Positions 10,702-19,843 of a stretch of 64,000 bases of DNA are shown here, piece by piece. The DNA comes from Terriglobia bacterium (GTDB lineage: Bacteria > Acidobacteriota > Polarisedimenticolia > Polarisedimenticolales > JAIQFR01). The position numbers were made by a program, and so were the translations under genes. The notes beneath the pieces are model-generated. The model ran no database searches, had not been told where the DNA came from, and worked only from the letters and a program-made list of their open reading frames with translations. Numbering within the stretch: the first letter of the stretch is position 1; each line of letters opens with the position of its first letter. The stretch lies in assembly GCA_963748015.1 (NCBI GenBank), contig CAVVHE010000004.1, positions 1,824,001 through 1,888,000 of the forward strand. Reading direction: 5' to 3'.

Positions 10702-11723
10702 TGGGACCCGCCGCCGGCGCCAGGCCGGGCCGCGTGCGGCTCTACGCGTCGCTCACGCGGCCCTTCACCCTGCTGCCGCCGCTGCTCGGCGTGATCTCCG
10801 GCGCGATCACCGCGTGGGGGTCGGCCTCGAACCCGCACGTTCTCGCCGGCCTCCCGAGGCAGTGGACGCCGAGCATCGTCGCGACGATCCTCCTCGGCTC
10901 GGCGTGCGCGGCGCTCCTGAACGCCGCATCGAACGTCATCAACCAGGTTTACGACATCGAGAACGACCGCGTGAACAAGCCCGGCCGGCCGCTGGTCACC
11001 GGGGCGATCTCGATGCGGGCCGGCTGGTGGTTCTCGGCGCTCCTGTACGCCGCCGCGGTGCTCCCCACCTGGCTCGTCGTCGTCCATCCCGCCGCGACCT
11101 TCGGCGAGAAGCTGGCGGCGCCGCTCTCGCTCCACCAGTGCTTCTTCATCTACATCGCGGGCATGCTCTTCACCTTCGCGTACAGCGCGCCGGCTTTCGG
11201 GCGGACGAAGGCCAACGCGTTCGGCGCCAACCTCACGATCGCGATCCCGCGCGGCTGCCTGCTGAAGGTCGCGGGCTGGTCGATGGTCGCGTCGGTGTTC
11301 CACCTCGAGCCGTGGTTCATCGGAGCGATCTTCTTCCTGTTCCTGCTCGGCGCGTCCACCACCAAGGACTTCTCGGACATGAAGGGGGACGAGGCGGCGG
11401 GATGCAGGACGCTGCCGATCCGGTACGGCGTCGTGCGGGCGGCGCGGATGATCGCGCCGTTCTTCGTGATCCCGTGGCTCCTGATGCCCCTCGGCGCGTG
11501 GATCCGCAACCCGTGGGCCCCGGAGCACCACATCCTGACCGGCAACCCGTGGGTCCTCACCGTCCTGGGCGCAGGCCTCGTGCTTTGGGGCGCCTACACG
11601 GTGACGCTCATCCTGAAAGACCCGAAGGCGCTCGCCGAGGTCGAGAACCACCCGTCGTGGACCCACATGTACCTGATGATGATGACCGCCCAGATCGGCT
11701 TCGCCGTCGCCTACCTGGTCTGA
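10701..11723 (+). CDS. UbiA-family membrane prenyltransferase (homogentisate-prenyltransferase- or DGGGP-synthase-like)
   Basis: LTRPFT, NQVYDIENDRVNKPGRPL, YSAP, KDFSDMKGD..AGCRTLPIRYG; multi-TM; TGATG coupling to grpE. Confidence 0.9.
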   Translation: MGPAAGARPGRVRLYASLTRPFTLLPPLLGVISGAITAWGSASNPHVLAGLPRQWTPSIVATILLGSACAALLNAASNVINQVYDIENDRVNKPGRPLVTGAISMRAGWWFSALLYAAAVLPTWLVVVHPAATFGEKLAAPLSLHQCFFIYIAGMLFTFAYSAPAFGRTKANAFGANLTIAIPRGCLLKVAGWSMVASVFHLEPWFIGAIFFLFLLGASTTKDFSDMKGDEAAGCRTLPIRYGVVRAARMIAPFFVIPWLLMPLGAWIRNPWAPEHHILTGNPWVLTVLGAGLVLWGAYTVTLILKDPKALAEVENHPSWTHMYLMMMTAQIGFAVAYLV

Positions 11724-11752
11724 GCCGGCGTCCTCGCCCGTAACTCGGGCAC

Positions 11753-11975
11753 GCGGGGCCCAAGGCGGAAAGCGTTCCTCGCCGGCCCGAAAAAGGGCCG
11801 TCTGCGGACGCTCTCCGCCTTGGGCCCCGCTTGTGGTCCATGCGACCGTGTGGAAGCTCGTTTTCCGGATCCGAATACAGCGCGAAGAAAGGCGTACGGC
11901 TCGCCCCCGGCCGAATGCGTTCGGAGACGGCCCTTTTCTGGGCCGGCGAGAACGCATTCGGCCGGGGGCGGGCCG
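11753..11975. repeat. Two long hairpins in inverted orientation sharing a core (REP/BIME-like element or bidirectional terminator)
   Basis: Hairpin 1 11753-11830 (23-bp stem, 1 mismatch); hairpin 2 11898-11974 (25-bp stem); the interiors are near reverse complements. Confidence 0.8.
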
Positions 11976-12007
11976 CGGACCCGCCGCACCGAAGCCGCGT
12001 TCGGACG

Positions 12008-13405
12008 TCAGCCGAGCCGCGCGACGAGCCAGTAGAGCCCCATCCCCGCGAGACCGCCCACGAGCGTGTTGGTGAAGTTCTGCAGCTCGTTGCCGATCAG
12101 CTGCCGCCGCTCGAGGGTGGCGCCGAGATAGGACTCGATCGTCGTCCCGATCAGGGCCGCGGCGACGACGACCCCGGCACCGTCCGCCCCGACGAGACCG
12201 ACGCCCCACGCGACGGCGGCGAGCGCCGCGGCCGCCGAGAGTCCCGCGAGGGTCCCCTCGACCGACACCGCGCCGTTCGTTCCCGCGGGGACGCGACGGA
12301 ACGTCGTGATCAGGAACGTCCGCCGCCCGAAAGCCTTGCCGATCTCCGAGGACGCGGTGTCGAAGAGCGCGGTCGCGAAGGCGGCGACGAGCGCGATCGA
12401 GAACGCCTCCCGGTACGGCGTGGCCGCGGCGAGGAAGGCGAACAGCACCCCGGCGCCCGCGTTGGCGAGCGCGTGCCGCGCGCCGCGGCGCCCTCCCTTC
12501 GCCTCGGCGATGCCGAGCGCCTCCTTCCGCGCACGGCCCGCCTTCGTGCCCGCCGTCGCCGCCACGAAGAAGACGAGCAGCATCAGGAACCCGCGCCAGC
12601 CGCCGAACCCGTACAGGAGCGTCCCCAGCACCGTGCCCGCGACCGCGCCGGAGACGTCGACGCCCGCCGCCAGGTACGCCGCGACGGCCAGGGCCGCGTT
12701 GACCGCCGCGCCCACCGCGAGGCCGCGCGCGAGATCGGGAGCGGCCGCCGCGAGGCGCGCCGGCTCCACCAGCGTCGCCGCGTAGAGGGCCGCCGCGCCG
12801 ACCAGCGGGACCAGGAGGTTGTCGTCCACCGGGGTCTCGAGCGATTCGGCGGCCCCCGCGAGAACCGCCGCCGCGAGGCAGCCGGCCAGCAGGAAGGCGA
12901 CATCGGGAACGGGAGAGCCGGGCGGTTGTCCCAGGAACGACAACCCGATCGCCCCGCTTCGGACGTCGCCGTGCTGAACCCAGCGGATGAGGAGCGCCGA
13001 GGTGCAGGTCCCGTAGAGGGCGAAAGCGAGGAAGCCCCACCAGGTCTTGTTCCGGTTCCAGGGGAGCTTCGGCCCGCGGAGCGTCAGTCCCGTGACCGTC
13101 GCCATCCCGTCGCCGAACGCCATGAGCCCCCAGCACGCGGCCGCGAGCTCCAGCCGGCTGTGGAACACCAGGATGAGCGCGAGCACGGCCGCCGGGTACA
13201 GCGCGATGCCCAGCGAGTATCCGCGAGCCCTCTCGTCGTCGCGCAGGAGCGACCGTCTCGTCAACCGGTGCAGCACGACCAGATTGAACAGGAGGGCCGC
13301 GGCCGCGCAGGCGGCCGCCCCGAGGGGCGAGAGCCAGCGCAACAGGAGCGCGAAGAGGCCCATGGACATGTGGACCGACTTGCGCCGAAGCTCGGTCGCG
13401 ATCAT
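12008..13405 (-). CDS. Fusion of a CTP-dependent phytol/farnesol/dolichol kinase domain with a DUF92 (VTE6-like) domain
   Basis: N half: RRKSVH, GDGMAT..G..LPWNRNKT, AESL...DDNLLVPL. C half: GIAEAKGGRRG, DTASSEIGKAFG, PAGTNGAVSVEGTLAG, ESYLGATL. Confidence 0.88.
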   Translation of the reverse strand: MIATELRRKSVHMSMGLFALLLRWLSPLGAAACAAAALLFNLVVLHRLTRRSLLRDDERARGYSLGIALYPAAVLALILVFHSRLELAAACWGLMAFGDGMATVTGLTLRGPKLPWNRNKTWWGFLAFALYGTCTSALLIRWVQHGDVRSGAIGLSFLGQPPGSPVPDVAFLLAGCLAAAVLAGAAESLETPVDDNLLVPLVGAAALYAATLVEPARLAAAAPDLARGLAVGAAVNAALAVAAYLAAGVDVSGAVAGTVLGTLLYGFGGWRGFLMLLVFFVAATAGTKAGRARKEALGIAEAKGGRRGARHALANAGAGVLFAFLAAATPYREAFSIALVAAFATALFDTASSEIGKAFGRRTFLITTFRRVPAGTNGAVSVEGTLAGLSAAAALAAVAWGVGLVGADGAGVVVAAALIGTTIESYLGATLERRQLIGNELQNFTNTLVGGLAGMGLYWLVARLG

Positions 13406-13412
13406 CCCCAAC

Positions 13413-14411
13413 TCAGTTGCCTCCCGGGAACTCGCCGGTCTCCCTGAGCCAGGCGACCGTCCTCGCGATCCCCTCGGCGAGCGGCGTGATCCGGTATCCG
13501 AGGTCGCGCTCCGCCCGGGTCGACGAGTACGCCCACTCGTGGCGGTAGATCGCGACGACCTCGTCGGTCAGCTCGGGCGGCACGCCGGTCAGCTCGGCCC
13601 GCCACCGCTCCACTCGCCCGATGATCCCCGCGGCCCAGAAAGGCACGGAGCGGCGCGGGGGAGCTATCCCCGCCGCCGCCTCGAAAGCGGCGAACAGCTC
13701 GCGCGCGGTGCGGTTCTCCCCGCCGAGGACGTAGCCCGAGCCGGGCGCCGCGCGCTCGACCGCCGCCACGAGCCCCGACGACACGTCCTCCACGTAGGCG
13801 AAGCACTGCCGGAGGTCCCCTTTCCCGAGGTATCCCGGGAGGCGGCCCCGGGCGTGCTGGAGAAGGAGGCCGACCACGTGATTGCCGGCGGTGCGCTCGC
13901 CGGGGCCGTACACGACCCCGGGGTAGAGCCTGACGATCGGAAAGCCGTCCCGCGCGAGCGCCCTCGCGGCCTGGTCCGCGGCCCACTTGGTCCGCTCGTA
14001 GTCGTTGTGGAAGGCTGTGGTCGCGCGCGGCATGTCCTCGTCGAACGTCGCGCCGTCGGTGGGGCCGAGGGCGATGAACGACGAAACGTAGACGAGCTTC
14101 GAGTCCGCCTGCCGCGCGGCGAGCACCGCGTTCCGGAAGCCGCCGAGGTTGACCCGGTCGTACTCGCTCCGGTTCCGCACCCAGCTCTTCACCAGCGCGG
14201 CGGCGTGCACGACCGCCTCGCATCCCTTGGCCGCGCCGGCGAACGCCGCGGCATCGGTCACGTCCCCCGCGACGACCTCGATGCCGCCGCCGGCCCGCGT
14301 CCACAGCGAGGGATCGCGGACCATCGCGCGCACGGTGTGGCCGGCGGCCGCAAGACGATCCGCCGCGCGTCCCCCGACGTATCCCGACGCCCCGGTGACG
14401 AGCACTTTCAT
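13413..14411 (-). CDS. Extended SDR, farnesol-dehydrogenase (FLDH)/HpnA-like oxidoreductase
   Basis: MKVLVTGASGYVG, HAAALV..W, SSFIALG, YERTK, LYPGVVYGPG, GRLPGYLG, HEWAYSS. Confidence 0.85.
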   Translation of the reverse strand: MKVLVTGASGYVGGRAADRLAAAGHTVRAMVRDPSLWTRAGGGIEVVAGDVTDAAAFAGAAKGCEAVVHAAALVKSWVRNRSEYDRVNLGGFRNAVLAARQADSKLVYVSSFIALGPTDGATFDEDMPRATTAFHNDYERTKWAADQAARALARDGFPIVRLYPGVVYGPGERTAGNHVVGLLLQHARGRLPGYLGKGDLRQCFAYVEDVSSGLVAAVERAAPGSGYVLGGENRTARELFAAFEAAAGIAPPRRSVPFWAAGIIGRVERWRAELTGVPPELTDEVVAIYRHEWAYSSTRAERDLGYRITPLAEGIARTVAWLRETGEFPGGN

Positions 14412-15328
14412 GGACGGGGAACCTCGAGGTACTCCGCGAGGGCGGCGCGCCAGGAGCGCAGCGGGCGGCCGAGGAGCGTCTCCGCGCGCGCGACGGCGAG
14501 CGCCGAGAAGGGAGGCCGCGGCGGACCGCCGGAGGGATCCGGCTCGGTCCGGACCTCGACCATTCCGGAGAGACCCGCTTCCTCGAGGATCGCCCGGGCG
14601 AGCACCACCCGGCTGCACGCGCCCCCGTTGGCAACGTGCACCACTCCCGCGGCCTCCGCTTCCAGGAGATCCACCGACGCGCGGGCGAGGTCGAGGGTGT
14701 ACGTCGGCGACGCCACGGGCGTCTCGGCCAGGCCGACGCCGTGCATCTGCCGGGCGAGACGGAGGACCGTGTCCACGAAGACGGGGCGGCGGTGGCTCCC
14801 CGGACCGAAGAGGCTCGACGTCCGGATCACGAGCGCGCGGGGGTGCGCGTCGAGCGCCGCGCGCTCCCCGTCGAGCTTCGACTTCCCGTAGCCCTGGAGC
14901 GGCGCCGGGACGTCCTCCTCGCCGTAGGGGGCGACCTTCGACCCGTCGAAGACGTAGTCGGTCGAGAAATGCACGAACGGGATGCCGCCTTCGCGGCAGA
15001 AGGCCGCGAGCGCTCGCGGCGCGTCCAGGTTGACGCGCATGACTTCGTCTCGCGTTTCCGGAGCCTCGGCGCGGGCGATGTCGGTAAAGGCCGCCGCGTT
15101 CAGCACCGCATCCGGCTCGACCGCGCCGAGTGCCCGGGGGAGACTCTCCGCCGACGACAGGTCCAGCTCGCGCCGCGACGGAGCGAAGCATGCCATCCCG
15201 CGGCGCGTCAGCTCGCGCACGAGGGCCCCGCCGAGCAGGCCGGACGCCCCGAGGACGAGCACGCGCTCGAACCTCGGCCGGGAAGACCGCTCGTCCCCGA
15301 CGGCGTCGCTCGCCCTCACGCAGCCCAC
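14408..15328 (-). CDS. rmlD: dTDP-4-dehydrorhamnose reductase-like SDR
   Basis: GASGLLG, NAAAFT, STDYVFDG, YGKSK, SPTY, RPPFSAL; ATGA overlap with the downstream SDR. Confidence 0.85.
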   Translation of the reverse strand: MGCVRASDAVGDERSSRPRFERVLVLGASGLLGGALVRELTRRGMACFAPSRRELDLSSAESLPRALGAVEPDAVLNAAAFTDIARAEAPETRDEVMRVNLDAPRALAAFCREGGIPFVHFSTDYVFDGSKVAPYGEEDVPAPLQGYGKSKLDGERAALDAHPRALVIRTSSLFGPGSHRRPVFVDTVLRLARQMHGVGLAETPVASPTYTLDLARASVDLLEAEAAGVVHVANGGACSRVVLARAILEEAGLSGMVEVRTEPDPSGGPPRPPFSALAVARAETLLGRPLRSWRAALAEYLEVPRP

Positions 15329-15329
15329 C

Positions 15330-17805
15330 TCACTGGCGCAGCTCCATCAGCTTGCCGACCCCGCGCAGATCCACGGTGAACCTGAACTCGCCCCGGTCGC
15401 TCCCGACGAAGTCCCGGCGGAACCACTCCATCAGGAACCCGCAGCACTGGGTGTAATACTCCACCTTCCACCTCTGGTCGGGAATCCGGTGCGTCTGCGC
15501 GTCGTACGAGCCATCCACGTCCACCTTCAGCTTGCGCCCGAAGAGGGTCGTGCCGGCGGCCAGCCGAAGCTGGACCTGCGACGGCGCCCCGAGGGTCGAG
15601 GGCTGGGTCCGGACCACGGAGAACCCGGTCCTCGCGGCGTCGCTGCGGAGGTTCCCCGAGAGGCTGACCGACGTCATCCGCATCGACAAGACGTCGTACG
15701 ACATGCGGAGATCGAGGCTGGTGTGGGGCCTGGGGTTGAATCGTCCCACCGTGTTGATGGCCGAGTACCAGCTGCTCTCCGGTATCCCGTCGCCGTTGAT
15801 GTCCAGGACCGACAGGGCCTTCCCGAACGAGCGGCTCTGGTTGACCTCGAGCGACGCGATCTCGACCGGCTCCGTCGGCGGCGGCGACGAGACCGGCCCG
15901 TGCACCGCGCCCGGAGTGCCCGGCGGAGACGACTCCGCCTCCTTGACCTCTCCCGAAGTCCCTTCGGGAACGAGGACCGTCTCCGCGATCCCCGGCGGCT
16001 CGAGAGCCTTCGACCGGGGCCGCTGCGCGAAGAGGCGCGTCCTGAAGCCGTAGGTGAGCTGGTTGCTCGCCCCGCGCGCGGCGTCGATGCCGTCGTACGG
16101 GATGATCTCGTCGTTGCGGTCGTAGGCCTGCTGGTACGCCCACGAGATCGCGTGGCTCGAACACGTGCTTGTAGCGGGTCGAGAACGGGTTGGACGGCTT
16201 GTCGAAGATCCGGAAGAATTTCGGCCCCACCACCTCCACCGCCGCGCCGCTGATCCACCGGTCGAGCCCGGAGCTCAGGATCTGCTGGTAGCCGACGGAG
16301 GTCGTCCCTCCCCCCACGGGGACCTCCTGCACGCGAGTCGTCTGCCGCTGAGTGTAATGGGTGTAGCGGGTGTTGACCGACGGGGTGACCGCGAGCCAGG
16401 GGAACGGGGAGAACGGAGCGGAGAAGGTCGGGTAGACGTCCCCGCGGAAGTAGTCCGACACGAGGGGAAACGTGTAGGTCCGGCGAACGCAGGAGGCCGG
16501 GTCCAGGGGGTCCGGACAGTAGGTGCCCGTCCGGAACTGAAGGTCGTTCTGCCGTATCGAGGCGACGCTGGATTCGTAGCTCAGGTAGATCGGGGTCTTC
16601 CCGAGGCGCTGGCTCCGGCCGCGCCACTCGATGTCGGGGAGCGTCTCCTGAACGAAGCTCGTTTCCACGAGCACCGGATCCTGCCGGCCCTCCACGTAGA
16701 AAGGCTGCGGCGCGCGAAGCTGCTCGCGGCGCTGCTCCCGCACGTTCAAGCCGGTCCGGCTCCCGTTCCGGCTGAACTCCAGGCGAGCGAGGATCGTGGG
16801 CATCGAGACGAGCTTCAGGTCCCTTTCGTAGTCGGTGAAGTAGCTGAAGTCGCTCACCTGGTTGATGTCCGCGACCATGCGGAACCCGTTCCGCAACTGC
16901 TGCGTCTGCTGGTAGGTGAGGCGGTAGCGCTGGCTGTTCGAGACCTGGTCGTCGATGTAGAACCCCGTGAAGCGCCCCGATCCCTGCGCGTTCGGGATGA
17001 ACGACACATCGGTTGCCCAGCCGGTGCCGGCCTTCGAATACCGGTCCGCGCCCAGCGTGAAGTCCACGCTGTCCCCGATCGGGATGTAGAGCTCCTCGCT
17101 GATCAGGTTTCCCCGGTCCTGCGTGGTGCCGAAAGACGGGATCATCAGTCCCGCGGACCGGCCCTTCTTGACCGGCCAGATCAGGTACGGCGTGTAGAAG
17201 ATCGGCAGCCGCCGGGCCCTGAGCCTGAGGTTCCACATGTGCGCGTACCCGTCGATCTGGATCCGGGCGCTCGACACGGGCATCGACCAGTAGGGCACCG
17301 GCTGCGTGCAGGTCGTGACGATCGCGGAGTCGAGGAGGATGGTGTCCTGCCCGACCTTCTCGGCGCGCTTCGCGACGAAGTAGAACTCGGGCTCGACCTG
17401 TCCGATCGCGTCCTCCACGGTGCCGCGCTCTTCCTTGAGATCGTAGGTCATCCGCGCCCCGGAGATGCGATTGCCTCCCCAGACGACGAGCACGTTCCCC
17501 TCGGCCTCGATGTAGCGGCCCCCGCGATAGGTGATCTTGTCGGCCTGGATGCGCGAGCGCCCGGAGCGGATCGTCACCGCGCCCTCGAGGACGTACTCGT
17601 CGGCGCCCGGCACCTCGCGGATCCTGAGCGCCTCGACCGCGACGTCGCCGGGGAACTTGCCCTGCTCGGCGATGGCGGAGGAGGGCGCCTCCTTCCGGAC
17701 CTCGCCGGAAGGCTCCGTTTCGGCGGCCGCCTGCCGCGGCATCGAGCCGGTCAGCAGGGCAACGGGAAGAAGCCACCGGGCAAGCGTGGGCGCGCGCGGT
17801 CTCAT
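15330..17805 (-). CDS. lptD: LPS-assembly outer-membrane protein LptD (one frameshift near 16150)
   Basis: Signal peptide, OstA-like N domain, TTC..PVPYW, PIFYTPYL, RSAGLMIP, KHVFEP, C-terminal YTQCC..F.VDLRGVG; ORFs 15316-17844 and 15330-15905. Confidence 0.85.
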
Positions 17806-17865
17806 TCGGGGCGCCGAGTGTATCCCCGTGCTCGGGTGTGTCAAGGAGAGCGTGCTCCGCCGCGA

Positions 17866-18891
17866 TCAGAACTGATCGAGGTACGGGAGAAACGCCGCTC
17901 CGGGAGCGTCGAGCTCGGGCCAGTCCGGCGGTCCCGCGAGAGGGTTGAGCATGGGAATCGCGAGCCGCCGAGGCCGATGCACGAGACGCCACTCGGGAAC
18001 CCACTCCGCGGCTTCGCGGGGAAGCCACCCGTGGACCTTCCTGAGGCCCGCGCGCCGGGCCTCGACCGCTCCGCGCCTCAGGATCGCGGAAAGCGCCGCG
18101 GGATCGGCGCCGGGAGCCCCCACCTCCCTCACGGCCCACCCGGCCTCGCCCTCGAGCGAGACGAGGTACCCCGCGAACCGGCCGTGGAAGAGCGCGATCC
18201 GGTATCGCCGGGAGAGGTCCGAGCCGTCGAGCCGTTTGAAGTAGCCCGCCGCCCTGGCCAGGAGGAACTCCCAGTGCTCCCGGTCTCGCACGACGGCGAT
18301 CGGGCGCGCCACCGCGGCGTCCTCGTGAGCCAGGAGCACGTCGGGAAGATCGCCGGGCGTCATGACGCGGAACTCCCACCCCGCGGGCGGAGGGACGATC
18401 CGCTCGAGACGCCCCGCGGCGTCCTCTGCGGGGAGCGCGCGGAAGCCGAGTGCCTCGTAGTAGGGAATCCCGATGTCGCTGAAGAGCAGCGCCGGCGAGT
18501 CGCCTCCGGCCCGCGCCTCCTCGAGCACCGCGCGAACGAGATCGGCCGCGTGCCCCCGTCCCCTCAGCCCCCGCGGCGTGAACACGGCGCCGATCATCGC
18601 CGCGGGACCCGTGCGGCCGAGAAGGCGAAGGACCGGCCGGTAGAGCTTGAGGCTCGAGAGTACGGTCTCGTCGTCGTCGACCCACGCGAGGTGGCGGAAG
18701 TGCCCCCTCGCCCACGGCGTCTCCATCAGCTCGAGCCACATGTCGAGGTACGCCGGATACGTCAGCCCGGCGCCCCACAGTCCGTGGCTCTCCCTGAAGA
18801 TCGCGGCGATCTCGTGCCGCCTCGCGGCCCTGAGACGAGGCAAGAACTCCCCCTTCGCGGCGAGGAAGCGATCCCGGTCGAAAACGCCCAC
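17866..18891 (-). CDS. GNAT-family acetyltransferase
   Basis: IGAVFTPRGLRGRGHA (motif A), LFSDIG..YYEALGF. Confidence 0.8.
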   Translation of the reverse strand: MGVFDRDRFLAAKGEFLPRLRAARRHEIAAIFRESHGLWGAGLTYPAYLDMWLELMETPWARGHFRHLAWVDDDETVLSSLKLYRPVLRLLGRTGPAAMIGAVFTPRGLRGRGHAADLVRAVLEEARAGGDSPALLFSDIGIPYYEALGFRALPAEDAAGRLERIVPPPAGWEFRVMTPGDLPDVLLAHEDAAVARPIAVVRDREHWEFLLARAAGYFKRLDGSDLSRRYRIALFHGRFAGYLVSLEGEAGWAVREVGAPGADPAALSAILRRGAVEARRAGLRKVHGWLPREAAEWVPEWRLVHRPRRLAIPMLNPLAGPPDWPELDAPGAAFLPYLDQF

Positions 18892-18985
18892 CCGGGCCGC
18901 GGCGCAACCGTGGTGACGCTCACGAAGAAAACGACCTGGCTAGGACGCGGGATGAGCGCTCGCGCGGGACCGGGCGCCCGAGCGG

Positions 18986-19210
18986 TCAGGACGCCTCTTT
19001 CGGGCAGCGGCACCGCGAGAGACGGCGGTTGCAGGCGAAGCAGTACCCGTTGCGCTCGAAGAACTCCACCATCTCCTGCTGCCATGCATCGATGATGGAA
19101 AGCCGGTCGAGGGTCGTCAGGCCGCCGGAAACGCGCGTGTCGGTCAACCAGCTACGCATGTTGCCAAGCGAATCGTGGTACGCGCGCCTTATTTCGAATA
19201 TCGTCCGCAT
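18986..19210 (-). CDS. Small hypothetical protein (74 aa) with C-terminal CxxC-x6-CxC
   Basis: MRTIFEIRRAYHDSL...GYCFACNRRLSRCRCPKEAS; GAGG just upstream. Confidence 0.7.
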   Translation of the reverse strand: MRTIFEIRRAYHDSLGNMRSWLTDTRVSGGLTTLDRLSIIDAWQQEMVEFFERNGYCFACNRRLSRCRCPKEAS

Positions 19211-19432
19211 CCTCAACCTCGAGCGAGTCGGCACTCCCGCGCCGCACCCAACCGGGCCCCGCGCCTTCTCCCTCTCAGCACCTGCCAATAAGGTACACGC
19301 ACTGGGTCGCCGGGAGCCAAGGAAGATGACTTCTCGCGGCAGATCAACCGCGGCGCCTCCCTGCCGGGAAGGCGTTCCGGGGCCGGCGGCACGGCACCCA
19401 TTCCGGCGGTCGGGGCGGCGAGGACCGGAGGC

Positions 19433-19607
19433 TGTGGAAAACCTGTGCGCGCCGTCCGACGCGCGAAACCGGAGCGGGCTGCGCCCGTGCCGCGCGTCCG
19501 CCGATCCATGGCGAGCAAGTCATTGCTTGTGAATACTTTATGGCAATTCACGAGCGATTTTGGTCCAATATCGAAAAGTGGCATGAACCGCTCGTTGGTT
19601 TTCCACA
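19433..19607. promoter_or_regulatory. AT-rich segment bracketed by DnaA-box-like 9-mers
   Basis: TGTGGAAAA 19433-19441, TGTGAATAC 19528-19536, TTTTCCACA 19599-19607; CAAGTCATTG (IHF-like) near 19516. Confidence 0.45.
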
Positions 19608-19775
19608 GGGTCGCGAGAGTACCGTCAGATCCGGCTCCTTTCGAGGCTCGGAGCGCGAGGATGCAGGAGGAATCGAGAGGTTTGAGAACCGCCGCCAAAA
19701 GCAACGGCGTTGAGGCACCCTGGGAAGCCCCCGAGCGCATCGTTTTCGTCGCCCCGATCGAGGCCTAGCCGGCCC

Positions 19776-19808
19776 AAAAAAAAGCGCCAGGGAGGAACTC
19801 CCTGGCGC
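19776..19808 (-). terminator. Rho-independent terminator of the sigma factor gene
   Basis: Minus strand GCGCCAGGGAG-TTC-CTCCCTGGCGC followed by T8. Confidence 0.9.
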
Positions 19809-19843
19809 CGGATCTTCGTTGACGGGACGCTTCGCTCGCCTCC

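Noticed and set aside
13413..14411. SDR as the hopanoid gene hpnA
   Set aside because: No shc or hpn genes in the window; sequence and neighbours fit an FLDH-like role better, though this is not formally excluded
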